NCBI GenBank assembly: GCA_965153285.1
Contig: OZ229111.1
Source: Podarcis tiliguerta
Lineage: Eukaryota
DNA length: 64,000 nucleotides
Strand: one strand, 5' to 3'
Under the pieces are notes generated by a model. That model saw nothing but the letters and a program-made list of their open reading frames with translations, had not been told where the DNA came from and made no database searches. Positions 26,652 through 39,648 of this stretch are shown here, piece by piece. The first letter of the stretch is position 1, and each line of letters starts with the position of its first letter. The translations under genes were made by a program, and so were the position numbers.

Positions 26652-27438
26652 TTAGAAGAGTGATCACTGAAGACAGGATGAGAAGCAACAAATTTCGATC
26701 ACAGTGAGAATGCAGATTTAGATTAGTGAATAACAAGACTGTTCAGCACTAGTGTAACTGTCTATGAAGGCTTTCAGAGATGCTATAGATGTAAAATGCC
26801 CATCCTTATTCGGTGCAGTGGAGGATCATTTGGATTTCTTCTGGCTTTATTCTTTTAGGATTGAAAGTGAACAATTCCAGTCTTTAATGTCTCCAGCTTC
26901 TTGCTGCCACAAGTAGAATGATGCAAAGTCACAGTGGCAAGGAGGGTTGGAAAAGTATAGCATGTCATTTATGGAGGGCTGTATTCAGATATTGTTGTGT
27001 CCACAAGTTAAGTTGGTGTGGCAGTTTTAGCTTGATGACTAGTATTTACGGATCTCAAAACATGATTCCTCTTTAGCTTGGAAATCTTTTGTTGGATTGG
27101 ATTAGAAAATGGCAGGAGAGATGTTAAGGTGGAGCCCTGCCCTGGGTCAGGATATTAAGGTTCATAGAGATGCAGACATCTGTGGGTCCAAACATAGAAT
27201 AGTGGACAAGGCTGATGGATTTGTTAATTGTGCTGGAAAGTTAGATTGGCATGGTTTGCATTGTGAGAGTTTTGACTTCTCTTTGGCATTAAGCATCAGA
27301 TTTATTCACAAACTCTTCACCTTTCTAGTAGGATCGCAAAAAGGTGTCCTAGGACCCACTGCGTCCCATGTTCTGCTCTCTTCCTTCTTTCTCACTCTGT
27401 GTCTCTTCTTGTCCTATCTCTTCTCCTTGTTTTTCCAG

Positions 27439-27471
27439 AAAAGAAAGTCCAGTTCCAGCGTTCAGTTAATG
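27439..27471 (+). CDS. CAMK2A: CAMK2A alternative cassette exon 14 (alpha-B insert) KRKSSSSVQLM, nuclear localisation signal
   Basis: Long pyrimidine tract and ttccag acceptor, ATG|gtgagt donor, 33 nt, phase 0-0. Confidence 0.96.
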
Positions 27472-28532
27472 GTGAGTGTCCTTTGTCTTCCTCAATGCTG
27501 ATAATGTTGGGCCTCTCAACATGTTCCAGCCCTCCCTGTTTTGGGGAATCACTCTGAGGTGTGGAGAGCAGGGCTGAAAGTAATTCCTTCAGAGCAGCAT
27601 CCTCCCCTATGGGGATCCTTCTAAACAGGAACGGCTGGAACAGAAGGATAGTTGAAGCCCAAGAGCACTGAGAACCTAATTCCATTTTCTAGCGAAAGGT
27701 TCTCCATGGAACTTCTCCTCTAGCAGATCTGCAAGCTGCACCAGTCCAAGCAGCCATGAAGGAAAGGCCATCTTATATGGCTTTGCTGGAACTGTTCGGT
27801 CACAGGAGACCAAATGGCTGGCACGGCCTTGGTCAATCTGCTGTTTAATATCGTTTGCAATATGTCTCTGGTGGGATGAACTGGTGGTTGCAGCCCAGCT
27901 ACCAGAGTTGTCTTGATGAGAAGCAAATGGTTCCCTTTCTCTGTGTTAATCTGTGTACCAGTTGGCTGTTTATGGAAAGAGGTGTGTGTCAGCCTTTGGC
28001 GGTCCATGTGGTTCTTGGCAGCCCTCTCTGTTTGAGTGTACATTTCTTTCTTTACTATGCGGTCAATGTGGTCTCTTTCACTCCTGCACAATCTCCCTCA
28101 CTCTCTCATCCTAGCTCCCTCTCTTTGTTAATTTGTACATTCCTCTCCCAACTGTAGTCAACATGGTGTCTTTCACTCCTACACAGCCCTTCTTGCCCCC
28201 TGCTAGCTGTAGCTGTAGGAGATGTCAAGCCTCTCACTCCTGATAGTAGTGCAGTGGAATACTAGTGAATTCACTCCTGCAAGATTCTTCACAATCGGAC
28301 CTCCGGCTCAGTTGTGGTTTCAAAGTCAAGACAAGTATTACAGTCACAAAGCAAAATCTGTGGTTACTGACAAGTGCTTTTATCTGATGCTTACCTGGTT
28401 TTCGTCCCTTTGCAGTGTTTGGTCCTGTTGAGGTAGAACCTGGGTGATGGGTTACCGGTCAGGATTTTTCTGGGGGGGGAAGCCATTTGGGTGCATCTTA
28501 TTTTGCTTTTGTCCTCTCCGTTCTTTCTCCAG

Positions 28533-28581
28533 GAATCTTCAGAGAGCACAAACACCACCATTGAGGATGAAGACACCAAAG
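28533..28581 (+). CDS. CAMK2A: CAMK2A exon 15, ESSESTNTTIEDEDTK(V)
   Basis: ttctccag acceptor, G|gtatag donor, 49 nt. Confidence 0.96.
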
Positions 28582-30829
28582 GTATAGTATAAGACTGTGG
28601 CGGAAGAGGTAAAAGGAAACCCATTTTAGTCAATGATTTCCAGTAAGCATGAGTTGTGAGACTATGGACCCCTAGGCAATTCTCGCTGTCAGCCTATATA
28701 GGTAGAGCTGTTCAAATACTAAAATGAAATTTGAAGTTTAGGGTTTTATTTTTCATCAGTTTTTCAATGAATGAAAACGTCATCCTTCCTCTATAGCCCA
28801 CTGACCAGGATCGGTCAGTAAAACTGTTCAGCTATCACAAAACTATTCTGTTGCGAATTTGCAATCTAAAACTTATTTTGTGAAGTAAAAGAAAAATCAA
28901 CTGTGTGGAGAAATTTACTGTGACGCGTCTAAAAGACTAAAATTTCATTATAAGTGGTCCTGTATAAGTTTATGTGCAATGCGCAAAATTCTCCTACAGA
29001 ATAATACCGCTGTTGTGACTACCATTTGTGAATTAGACCTCATTTGTACATACCACTGCACATTTTTCTGGGGAGCACTGCGCATTTGGCTCTTCACGCC
29101 TCCTGCCAGCCCTGCACCGCATGACGAGGCTGGGATCGGATCTGAATGATTTGCTGGGTGAATCATTCAGATCAGATTCCAGCCTCACGAAGGGGCATAG
29201 GGCTAGCAGGGCAGCATGTGAAGGACTCAACAGTCATGCACCTTTCAATCCCAGCCTTGCCTTTGCCATTGTCTTTGGCCATTTGCTATGCATGCAGGGG
29301 CTAATGAGAGTTGAAGTTCAGCAATATCTGAAGACTCAAGTTTGCAAAAGGCTGCCCTAGATACTTAAATCCCTTGCTCTCCCTCGGTTCAGCTTGCAGT
29401 GTGTTGTGATTTTTCTAACAACTTGGCAAACACTGACTTTTTCATTCCTCTTCTCCACCGAGTCCCTATGGAAGTAGTTTCACTGTCACCATTTTAAACC
29501 AGTCTTTGGGAAGAACCTTAGTGAGGCCTCTTTCTTACTGCCTGACAAGGCCACAGCGTTCCCATAATAGCTTGGGAAACCAGTGTTAATTTGTAAAGTC
29601 TCCCCAAATGAAAGGAACTCATCTGCTGTGGAGATGGACTTTGGCCTGACATTAAAGTTAATTGAAAATTTGTCTCTCCGGGAATCACTCCCACAGGAAA
29701 GGCAGGAGTGTGTGTGTGTGGCAAATTAATATGAAATGATAGAAACACTGCTGATGAGGAAAGGCTTCCCTGCGCATTTTATCATTAACCACTTTGTCTC
29801 TTTAGTATAGGGAATTAGATCTACCCACAGGACACCCATATTTTAGCCTTATTAATAAGCACATTGGAATGCTTTGGCACAGTCTTTTGGAAGATCCAGT
29901 TCCCTGAATGTGTTGCTGGATTTCTAAGAGATTTCAGCCCTCTTGCAGATCCAACAAAAAGCAGAGGTAAGGAAGGAGGACAGAAAAGAATCATCCTAAA
30001 ATTTGTATTGTCTTCAAGGCTTCTTTAAAGTGAAAAGGAGGGTAATGGTGAGGTCTCTGTGTTTGTTTTTTAAAGAAGTTTGTTGTTCCAAACTTTAAAG
30101 CATCTATCTTTTGAAGGGCAGTGAAAGAAACCTGAGGAACTTGACTTGGCACATTTTCTCATTCCTTGGGGGGGGGGGGAGGCACAAAGAGGCTGTTCAT
30201 ATTTTGTTGCTGCAAGCAACCCACACAGATTCTGACACAGGGATCCAGGTAAACCTCACAGCCACTACTTCAAGCCTGCCTTTCAGGAATAATAATCCCA
30301 TATAATCGGGGCACACAGCCTCCCATGACAAGTCATTTGTTCACAAGGGTGTAGGGGCTAAAAGCACATGAGATGCAAGTACCTGTAACGAGTCCCAGCA
30401 CCATTTTTTAAAAGAAAGGGTTTGTGAGGAAGGCTTTTTTTGTGTGCGGAAGCCTTGGGGCAGAGAAGCCAGTGGTTTGGGATACTGTGTGCGTAATTCT
30501 TTCCCTATCTGGCATTTCTCAGCTCATCAAACTGCCATCCCCACAACAGCTTCCCTATGCAGAGATCAAAATTACATACTTACCAATGTTTTGAACCTTT
30601 AGAAACTTAAAGGAAGGAAAAAGTTGCCTCCTCACATATCTTGAGCTTTTAAACACAAGCCCGAAGAAGGGAGCAACTTGTAACATGTCATTTACTCATT
30701 TTATGCTTGATATCAATTAATACTAATCCTGCAATCAATCCTAGTACTACTACTAATAATAACAAAACAACAACAACAACCAGTAGTTTCTAAAGAAATC
30801 CTGCTGTTTGGCGTGTTTTCTCTCACAAC

Positions 30830-31075
30830 AGCTTCCATCTGATTTAAAAACATAAGCCACAATCACCGTTAAGTTGAGGTGTGTACATTTGAGACCACCA
30901 TTGCACATGCTCAGATGACAACTTAACGCATAGGAGTTTGGCAGGGAACCCAAGCAGGTAACACACATCAGGTGAAGGCATCCCGGCCCCCTTTCTGGTG
31001 CGTACAGTGTGCAATTGCATCTTGAAACACAGCAGGCCAGTAGAAGGGGACAACCTCGCTGTGCTTTAGGCCACT
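30830..31075 (+). repeat. Unclassified interspersed repeat, second copy at ~54037-54295
   Basis: Both share gcttccatctgattt.aaacataagccaca...gtacatttgag..accattg.acatg..cagatgaca.ctt. Confidence 0.75.
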
Positions 31076-32391
31076 AAGACTCTCAGGCCTCTGAATACAA
31101 CAGGTCCCACTTGGCACCTGTGTGGGTCTCCTGACTGGTGTGACCAGAGCCATCTCTCCAGTGAAGATGCTGCTACTGGTGTAGGAAGCTCCCACAAATT
31201 GGCGAGCCGTGTTTGCATATGTGATTGTCACACCCCCTGGCCATAGTCTAAGACTGTGCTCTCCACTGTGCAAAAAGTTGCACATGCAAAAGGAGATACC
31301 ACCATGGCTACTCTAACAGTGCTGCTCAGAGTGCCAGGAACGCAGCCTGCCCTGCCAAGGTTTGTTTTTAAATGAAGTGGCAGTCACTCACTCATGGCCA
31401 AAAGTGAAAACAAGCTGCTCTTGGGCCAAGAAAGGTGCCGTTTTCTAACAACGCTCTCCTCCGCCTCTTCTCAGTCCTTAGTCTGCACTGATGCCTTTTG
31501 TTCTCATTCTACCCCCTCTTAGTATCCTTCCCCCGCTGCCAGGGTCTCTTTGCTGCTCCATTTGTTTCCTCTGCCAGTTCCTCTCCCTGCTGGGGTGTAA
31601 TGTAGCTGAGCAACAAAAGCTTGCCTCCTTAAGCCTGGTGTAATTGCTTGTCTGTGCCTCAGCCACTGTGTTGAAAGAGCTGTGCAGGCTGGCAGGAAAG
31701 CACCAGCCATGTCTGTAAATGCCTCTGAAGGCTGCTTGTGTGTCACCTGCCAAGCACCATCACAGCTGAGGTGTTTATGGTAAGGCTTGCCCTGTAGTTG
31801 ATTCTTCCGAGGCTGGGAACTAATCTGCCACCTCCAGCCTGCATAGCTAAATGGACAGGCGTTGTGGTCCAGCGACATCAGGGGGGCTGCATGGACCTCA
31901 CCCCCGCTTTAGGCAATCACTAAATACTGAGCTGGCCTTTCCCTCAGCCCTTCCACTGAGAGGTAGAAACAACCAAAGATTTCTAAATCTTCCTCATTCT
32001 GGAGGAGTATCTTTTCCAGCCGTTTTTATAATCTCTCCATCTAGTAAGTCTTTCTTTAAATTCCCCCCCTTCTGCCAGACTGTCTGTACATTAAAATAAA
32101 TAAATAAATGAATGAATGAATCTGTATGCAAGCAGTTCAGTTTTCTAGTTTTGGTAGTTCTGAGAAGGGCAGAAGCAATGAAGCCCTGTCCTCAACTTCT
32201 GATCTTCTTGGCCGCCTGCTGAGATTTTCAAAGGCATTGCCCCAAAGATTTTCAAATACATCTTCACAGCAATAAGGACTAGAAACTTGAGGTGCTTTTT
32301 AAAATGAAAGCAGACATTTTTAGAAAGTCGAGTTCTACGTGCACTACCACTTTCTGCGGTTCACAGCACTGTGACATCCACACAGCTCTAA

Positions 32392-32544
<153 letters not shown>

Positions 32545-33054
32545 TGAGTGTGCCCAGTGGGTGTCTTGACTTTAACAAGAGAGCGAAGTATATTCCTGAG
32601 CTGGCCCAGTATGGAGGAAGAGGGTTAGCAGGAAAGCCTTAACTGTGAAAAAACAGTTTTGAAATGTCAGGTTGCTCTGAAGGCAAGCAAATTAGTGTTT
32701 TTCTTTTATGGGTTTTCAAAGCACAGCTAGAAATGGACTTCAAGAACTTGTGTTTTCCGTTTCTTCTGTTCCTACCGAGCCACTCTGTCGTTATTATCTC
32801 CCATCAAAATTAAAATGGATGGATTCATTTTGCAGTCTGGCCAAGGATAAATCGCAGCTATTACTGCTGAGTGAGCAAGCAAAGGCCCTGGATTCCTGGT
32901 TAAGAGAACAAAGAAGCATGGGTTTATTGACGAAGAGTAGAGGCTGCTGAGTTTGTTTTTCTCCTGACTACAAGAAGGGCCTGTTTGAAAACAAATGTGC
33001 AAACAAAACCCCTTCCTGTCTTTATGAATCAACCAGTTAGCACGGTAATGTTAT

Positions 33055-33192
33055 GGGAAGGAGCACAGGTCAGTGCTGGAGCTTCTGCATTTTGTGCAGA
33101 AAGTTCCATGCTCAATCCCTGGCCTTCCCAGGTAGAGAGCTGAGAGAGGAACCAATAGCCTGACTCAGTATAAGGCAGATCCCCATGTTCCT
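33055..33192 (+). mobile_element. Squam3-like tRNA-derived SINE, internally deleted; other decayed copies at ~8835-8950 and ~35010-35200
   Basis: gggaagg..head and gaccaat..cctgactcagtataaggcag.t.cc.atgttcct 3' end. Confidence 0.7.
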
Positions 33193-33469
33193 AAATGAAG
33201 CTTACTTTACGCTCATCTCAGCATAACTTCAAAATAGTTAGCACTAACTCATTAAAGCTTAACAAGATAATGAGGAACCCAAAGTTAACCTCCGTAATTT
33301 ATAATAGTATTTCCATTGAGGGGAATGGGTTAAATGAGTGCCTTTCACCTATTTATTTATTTTTAAATATACTCTTTGAAACCTCATCAGTTTGAAACCC
33401 ATCTGTTTACTAAGGCAGGATGCCAGCACACTGGAACTGATGCATGTTCTGCTAACTTCAATAAGGCTG

Positions 33470-34010
33470 GATATATTTTATTGATTTGTTTTGAATCTGC
33501 CCAAGGATGGCTCCATAAAGTCCCCCATGCAGTTGGCAGCGTGGCATAAAACAACAATTAATACAAACAATATGAAGCAATATCGGATTAGATTACAGAT
33601 ATAGACAACAAATCAAGAACAAATCAGCGGCAAGGAAGAGTCGACGGAGAAAATCTCTGCCAGCTCGCACAGTCAACAAAGCGACCATCCCACCTTCCCT
33701 CCCAAAAGCCCACTGGAACAAAAGGATTTTTTGTCTTTTAACTAAGTTTCTAAAAATAAAAAATGAACTGATGTGGCGAGTCTTCAGGAAAACAGCATTC
33801 CATAATGAAGGCGCTATTTACTGTTGTTTTCCCTCTAGCCTCTGACAAAGATGAAAGTTAAAGCAGAGACCTGTCAGATGATTTTGATGTATTGGTGGGT
33901 GGTCTCATACAGGAGCAGGGACTGTTCTCTAATATGAAACAGACCATAACCATTCAGGGCTATTAACACCAGCCCTGCAGATTGTGGTTGGAAAGACATT
34001 GGGAGCCAGC
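33470..34010 (-). mobile_element. Old L2-like LINE 3' fragment
   Basis: Degenerate similarity to the other L2 copies (gcattcca, ccattcagggct, tggaaa...tgggagcca). Confidence 0.45.
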
Positions 34011-34499
34011 ACTGCTCTGAGTTTATTCATACTTACCTGGGCTTAGAAAGAGCCCACCTGCCAATACATCAAAATCAGAGCAAATGTCAATTTAGATTTT
34101 TTGTGGATTGCCATTTGCTCCGATTGAGCTTTAAAGAGCGAGTTTTTGCAGGGAAAGCTCTGGGGCAAATAAAGGGCACTCAAGACATGGAGCTTGTCCA
34201 TCCTGCAGGAGGATTTTACAGATGCTTCCTTTAACCTGCCACCAAAATGACAATTTCTTCAATCCGTTAGGAAATTATTGCAGCTCCTCACTCTTCAAAA
34301 CAGAGAAAAACATGTCCTTTAAGGTCACAGGCCAAGGAGCAGAGAAACTATTGAAGTATGTCACTGAGCACAGTGGTATGCTTAAGAGCTAAGATAAATA
34401 AATTAAAATATATTATGAGAAATAAATTATGTATTTGTATTGCATAGACAGGTTAACTTCATTGGTGTTAAATCAATAGGAATGAAGACATGTGACTAG

Positions 34500-34694
<195 letters not shown>

Positions 34695-35708
34695 TGACTC
34701 TCTTATCAGAATGGAAATATTTGCAATATTGGGTCACTTCATCAGCCTTCTAGCCCAGTGACCAACCTCTTAACTACAACCAGTTTGTGTTAAAATAAAG
34801 TATGTTAAGAGATTTGAAGGCATATAGATGGAATCTTCTATCCTGTTACCCGCCAAGATTCTGCTTGTCAGAGTAGAAATTTCATCCTTTGAACATTTTG
34901 GTTCACAACACTAGATAGGCCTAACATCCCTTAAATTTGTCTTATCTCTTTTTGAGCTTTCTGAAAAGATAAGGACAACTTGGCTGAACTAGCACATGCA
35001 TTTAAGGGCAGGACAGCATATCAGAGATACAGCACGAACTCAGATTTAATTGCTGACACCTCCTGTTAAAAAGCATATCTGTATCAAGGCTAAGAAAGAC
35101 ATCTGTCTGAGGCCCTGGAAAGTCATTCCCAGTCTGAATAGACCATACTGGGCTGGATGGACCAATAGTATGTGTCAGCTTTGTAAGCTCATAGGTATGC
35201 ATTTGAAGGTTTACTTCTAAGTAGACTTGGTTAGGCTTGTGCTCTTAATCTCTCACTCATTTCCAAAGTTTCAAACCAAATCATAAATGGTTGAATGTAG
35301 AGTGAATGAGCAGGATTAACCTAATGAACCCTGTCAGCACCAGCCCTATTTGAGGGTTTCTGCTTGCACAGTGCCCCATCCCCAATGGCTGGGGTGGGGG
35401 TCAGGAGAACCCCCCCCCCCAAAATAACACAGGGGAGGAGGAGGGATTGTTCCACCTGGCAAGCTACAGTACTTTTGCTGACAATGTTGAAATCCCAAAC
35501 AATGTTTTTAGTTTTTAGAATGGGAACTGGTCAGTGAATGCAGTTTAATGAATTTTTAAGAGAATAATCCCCCTATGATTGGGACATAAACTGAAACAAG
35601 CCTAGAAATATTCTGCATATGCCTTCTTTTTCCTTGTTGCTACAATGATTTTATAAAGATTAGAGAAAGATGTCCGTCCTAGTTATGGGGAGACGCAGGC
35701 AGCATTGA

Positions 35709-35966
<258 letters not shown>

Positions 35967-36205
35967 TAAGTTATCCCCAGGCCTTGGTGATCCCTCTCAA
36001 AGCCACTCTTGTAATATCATTGAAAACGGAATATTCCCTTTCTACAGTGTAAGTGGGAGTAGATAAGCGTAAATTAAAGGTGAGAGTATAAGCAAGGCAG
36101 TAGAAGGAAAGAACAGCAGCGAAGGCCAAATGTAACACATCTATGCGTGGCTTAACAATATTTGTAGCTAGGTCAAAACCTTCCTGAAAGAACTTTTATC
36201 TATGT

Positions 36206-36545
36206 CAGTGGTCCCCCACCTTGTTGGGCCTGGGGGTGCTTTTGGAAATCTAAGTAACTGTTGTGGGCACCACAAAATAAAATAAATTTCCCAGAAGAAA
36301 AACTGACCATGCTCAGACCCCTCCCCCCCCCCCGGTCTCTCAAAATCAAATACCTACACCACCACTCCCAACAAATAAAACAGATTTTTTAAAAACTGCA
36401 AACCCCCCCCAGCGTAGGTACCTCCCCCTCAAACAACAAAAAGCCCCAAACCACAATTTTAAAACAAAACTTAAAATTGGAGGGGGCCTTGACAGATGCC
36501 TGAGAGTGCTGTTGTGCCCACAGGCACCACATTGGGAACCCCAGA
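36206..36545. mobile_element. Decayed hAT-type non-autonomous element
   Basis: cagtggtcccccacctt left end and ttgggaacccc right end. Confidence 0.45.
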
Positions 36546-39189
36546 CGGGGATTATTCATTTGCCTTTATGCAAGGATGCATTCATGGCATTAAATTACAA
36601 GAGATTCAAAGGCAATTCATGCATATTTAGTTTAACGTCCCACCAGTTACAGTCACACATTATTGTTTGATGATTTGCTAAGATCCACATGCATGCTGCC
36701 AGAATGGTAGGCTCAGAATGGTATTTTATTGGTAGCAATGACATGCACGAATAGAAGTATCTAATGACTGGTTCTTGGAGTTAGAGCAAGTTTAACATTC
36801 TCTCCGTCTCTATCTCGTTCTCTCTCTCAGACCCAGCTCACTGGTCACTTTTTCACATGGTAATTTCACCACATCAAATTATTTGTGGTGAACATGATGT
36901 TTGAATCTGGTCACATGACAGGAGATATTTCTTATGTCAGAGCAAGCCAAATTAATTGCAAAATACCAACCCAACCCGGTTTATATTGGTTTAGAAGTTT
37001 CAGTTTTTAGTGATGTCATTCAGAATTGGGGCTCCCACGTTCTTCTCCCCATCCCCATTCATTTTCTTACTGTGATGTTATGACTGTCATAGGTGTTTTC
37101 TCAGTAAAGAAAGATGCATCCTCGTATTTCATGTTAACTAATGCACTGCCAGTTTAAATCATCAAAAGAAATGAAAATAACTTTATTATCCATAAAGTAG
37201 AGTTGAAAGTGAAGAGGGAAAAACTGTGTTATTTTATCACTCTCTAAACTTCTTGATAACAAGGTGCGAAGGTGCAGAAACGAAGTTAAGGGTATACACT
37301 GTTTGTTTTTTAATAGGCGGGAACATTCAAACACACAAGCCCCCACCTGCACTCTGGAATGATACAGTCCAGCATCAGATACTTCACGTGTGTCTGATCA
37401 TCTGTTTCTGATGTGAGTGCAAGAAGATTCCATATGGGCATCCCTGATAGCAGAGAAGAGTATCTTTTGTCCAGGTTTGATGAGACTCCACGGCTAGCCC
37501 TTAGTGGCCAGCGTGATAGGGGTTACTCACTCTGTTGAAAACTACTACTGAAGTTAGAGTCATTCATTCATTGCTTTTATGAATTGCCTCTCTACTTAAA
37601 TAAAAAAAAGTGTTCAAGGTGATGTACAAGAACACCCCCCGCTGGGGCTTAAACAAATTTGTTTATAGTTAGGGATGGAGGAGAAATGTCATGCAAACCT
37701 GTATAATTCCCACTCGTGAAATTCACACTGTTCAGAAAATGTGAACAAAAATATGTCTGTTAGGGGAAAGTGTGCATAAAATACATATATATTAGTGAAA
37801 GCAACATGCTAAAATGCATTACATTGGATAATTTACTTGCAAAAATGTGTGTATTAGGAGAAATGTGCACTAAAATACAAGCAAATCTTAATGAGGACTT
37901 TTTAAAAAGAAAAATCACAGACTGATACAAATGTGGCAAACTTAAATTAAGGTGTGGGGGGGGGGACAGAGAAAAAGTGAAACTGACAGAATCATCTACC
38001 CTATTTGCGGTAGCTGCTTTTCCTGTTTGCCTCCACACTGTTTTCTGAGGAATTGCCGTCCTTCCCTCATTTAGGTACCATAGAGAATCCAGATGACATT
38101 TTTGTCAGATGGTTGCATTCTGGTGTTTTCTGTGTCACCTTGCCATATCCCCCATCCCATATCAAATTTGTGGCAATTTTTCTAACTGAACGGGGGGCGG
38201 GGGGGGGGGGACAACCCACTAGCTTGTTCAGCATGCTTATGCAGAGAGCTATTGATTCAACTGGCTTTTACTTCTGCCCATGTGCAGCCACTGTTAGACT
38301 TTTAGGGGGGGAATTATTTTTGACACTTCCTTATTGCACTGCTGCATGTACAGCAATAGATGCATCCACAAATTTGGGGTGGGGAACCACAACGACATTG
38401 TGATGCTCCTTACAGTTTCAAGCCAGAGAGGGTTAGGGAGACTTCTCACTATTTTACAAGTCTCTCTGGGGCTCAGTGCAAGCAAGGGGATTCCCTCCCA
38501 TCATTTTCTGGTTTCTCTCAGCTGTAGAGCTTGGAATTCTAATGAAAATGCCTTGCCGCACTTCCACTTCAGCATAACAAGGAAGGGCCATTATTTAAAA
38601 GCACCTAAAATGGTATGTCAGGCAATGCAGGCCTAATCCTTCCTCTGTCCCTTGCTTCTCAGAGATGCCTTGTGGCATGTGGGAATTTAAGAAAAAAAGT
38701 TAACTGGTGCTCTAGAGGGGTGGAGGAAGCCAATATTTGAAAACAAAATTAATTCCCCTCCCCCATTTTTTTCAATAGCTGCCATGCCCTGTTCCTCCTT
38801 CATCATGTAAGGATGCTAATGGGGAAGATCTGTGCTACACAGAACCGCTATTTTAATTCCCCGTCCAGCTCGCAGTGCAAGAGTGATGTCTCTAAAGAGT
38901 GATGTCTCTAAAGAGGCGTACTGCTTCTTATGCTTGTCTGAGGCTAATTGACAATCTAGGTCTATGCTCCTGCCTGTTTTTCATTTGGGTTCCCTGAATG
39001 CTCTGTTTTCCTCTTGAGAGATGGTGGCACTTAGTAGTCTGGGGTGCAAGTGGCTACCAGGATGGTGCAGCCCTCACCCAGCTCTTTTCTTATTCTCCTC
39101 CTGCTGCTGCTGCTCTCTTTTCAGGGCAAGGCTTTTCAAAAGTAGTCTAGTGGTGGTAGTTGCGGAAAGAAGGTGGGCCCCTCAACATG

Positions 39190-39418
39190 AGTCACATCCA
39201 CCCCACACATTGAAAGCACTCCTATACCACTTTAACAGGCATGTCTTCCCCCAAAGGATCCTGGGAACTATGGTAAGTTCAGGGTGCTGGGCACTGTAGC
39301 TCTGTGAGGGGTCTCCTACCCAACTCTCAACACCCTTAATGAATGACAGTTCCCAGGATTCTCTGGGGCAAAGCCGTGACACCAAAGAACGCTTTCAGTG
39401 TACGGTGTGGGTGTGACC
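39190..39418. mobile_element. Palindromic MITE (Harbinger-like); related copy at ~61637-61810
   Basis: gtcacatccac.c.acacattgaaagc / gctttcagtgta.ggtgtgggtgtgac inverted ends; internal atcctgggaact / agttcccaggat. Confidence 0.65.
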
Positions 39419-39644
39419 GAATGTTTTACAGTCTCCTGGACATCTCCTGTCCTCTCGTGCTCTTCACTCCTTCACCCCTGCCCTGCCACAAAGCTTGAGA
39501 GCTGGATGCCAGCTGGAGGACAAGACTTCACAAATAGGAAAGAGTAATTATTTGGGGTGGGGGTGGCTAGGGTTGGGGGGAGAACCAGATGGGAAGGTCA
39601 CCATTTTGGTGGAGTAAAAAGCCGTTTCCTTTTGTGTTTTTCAG

Positions 39645-39648
39645 CTGA
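39645..39648 (+). CDS. CAMK2A: CAMK2A terminal exon coding bases: C completes CAC (His), then TGA stop (...SVLPH*)
   Basis: Strong acceptor ttcctttgtgtttttcag|CTGAAG; reproduces the mammalian PH* C-terminus. Confidence 0.82.

Noticed and set aside
18601-27438. Additional variable-linker exons as in CAMK2B/G/D
   Set aside because: No further segment with acceptor, donor and CaMKII-linker-like translation was seen apart from exon 13 and the alpha-B cassette.
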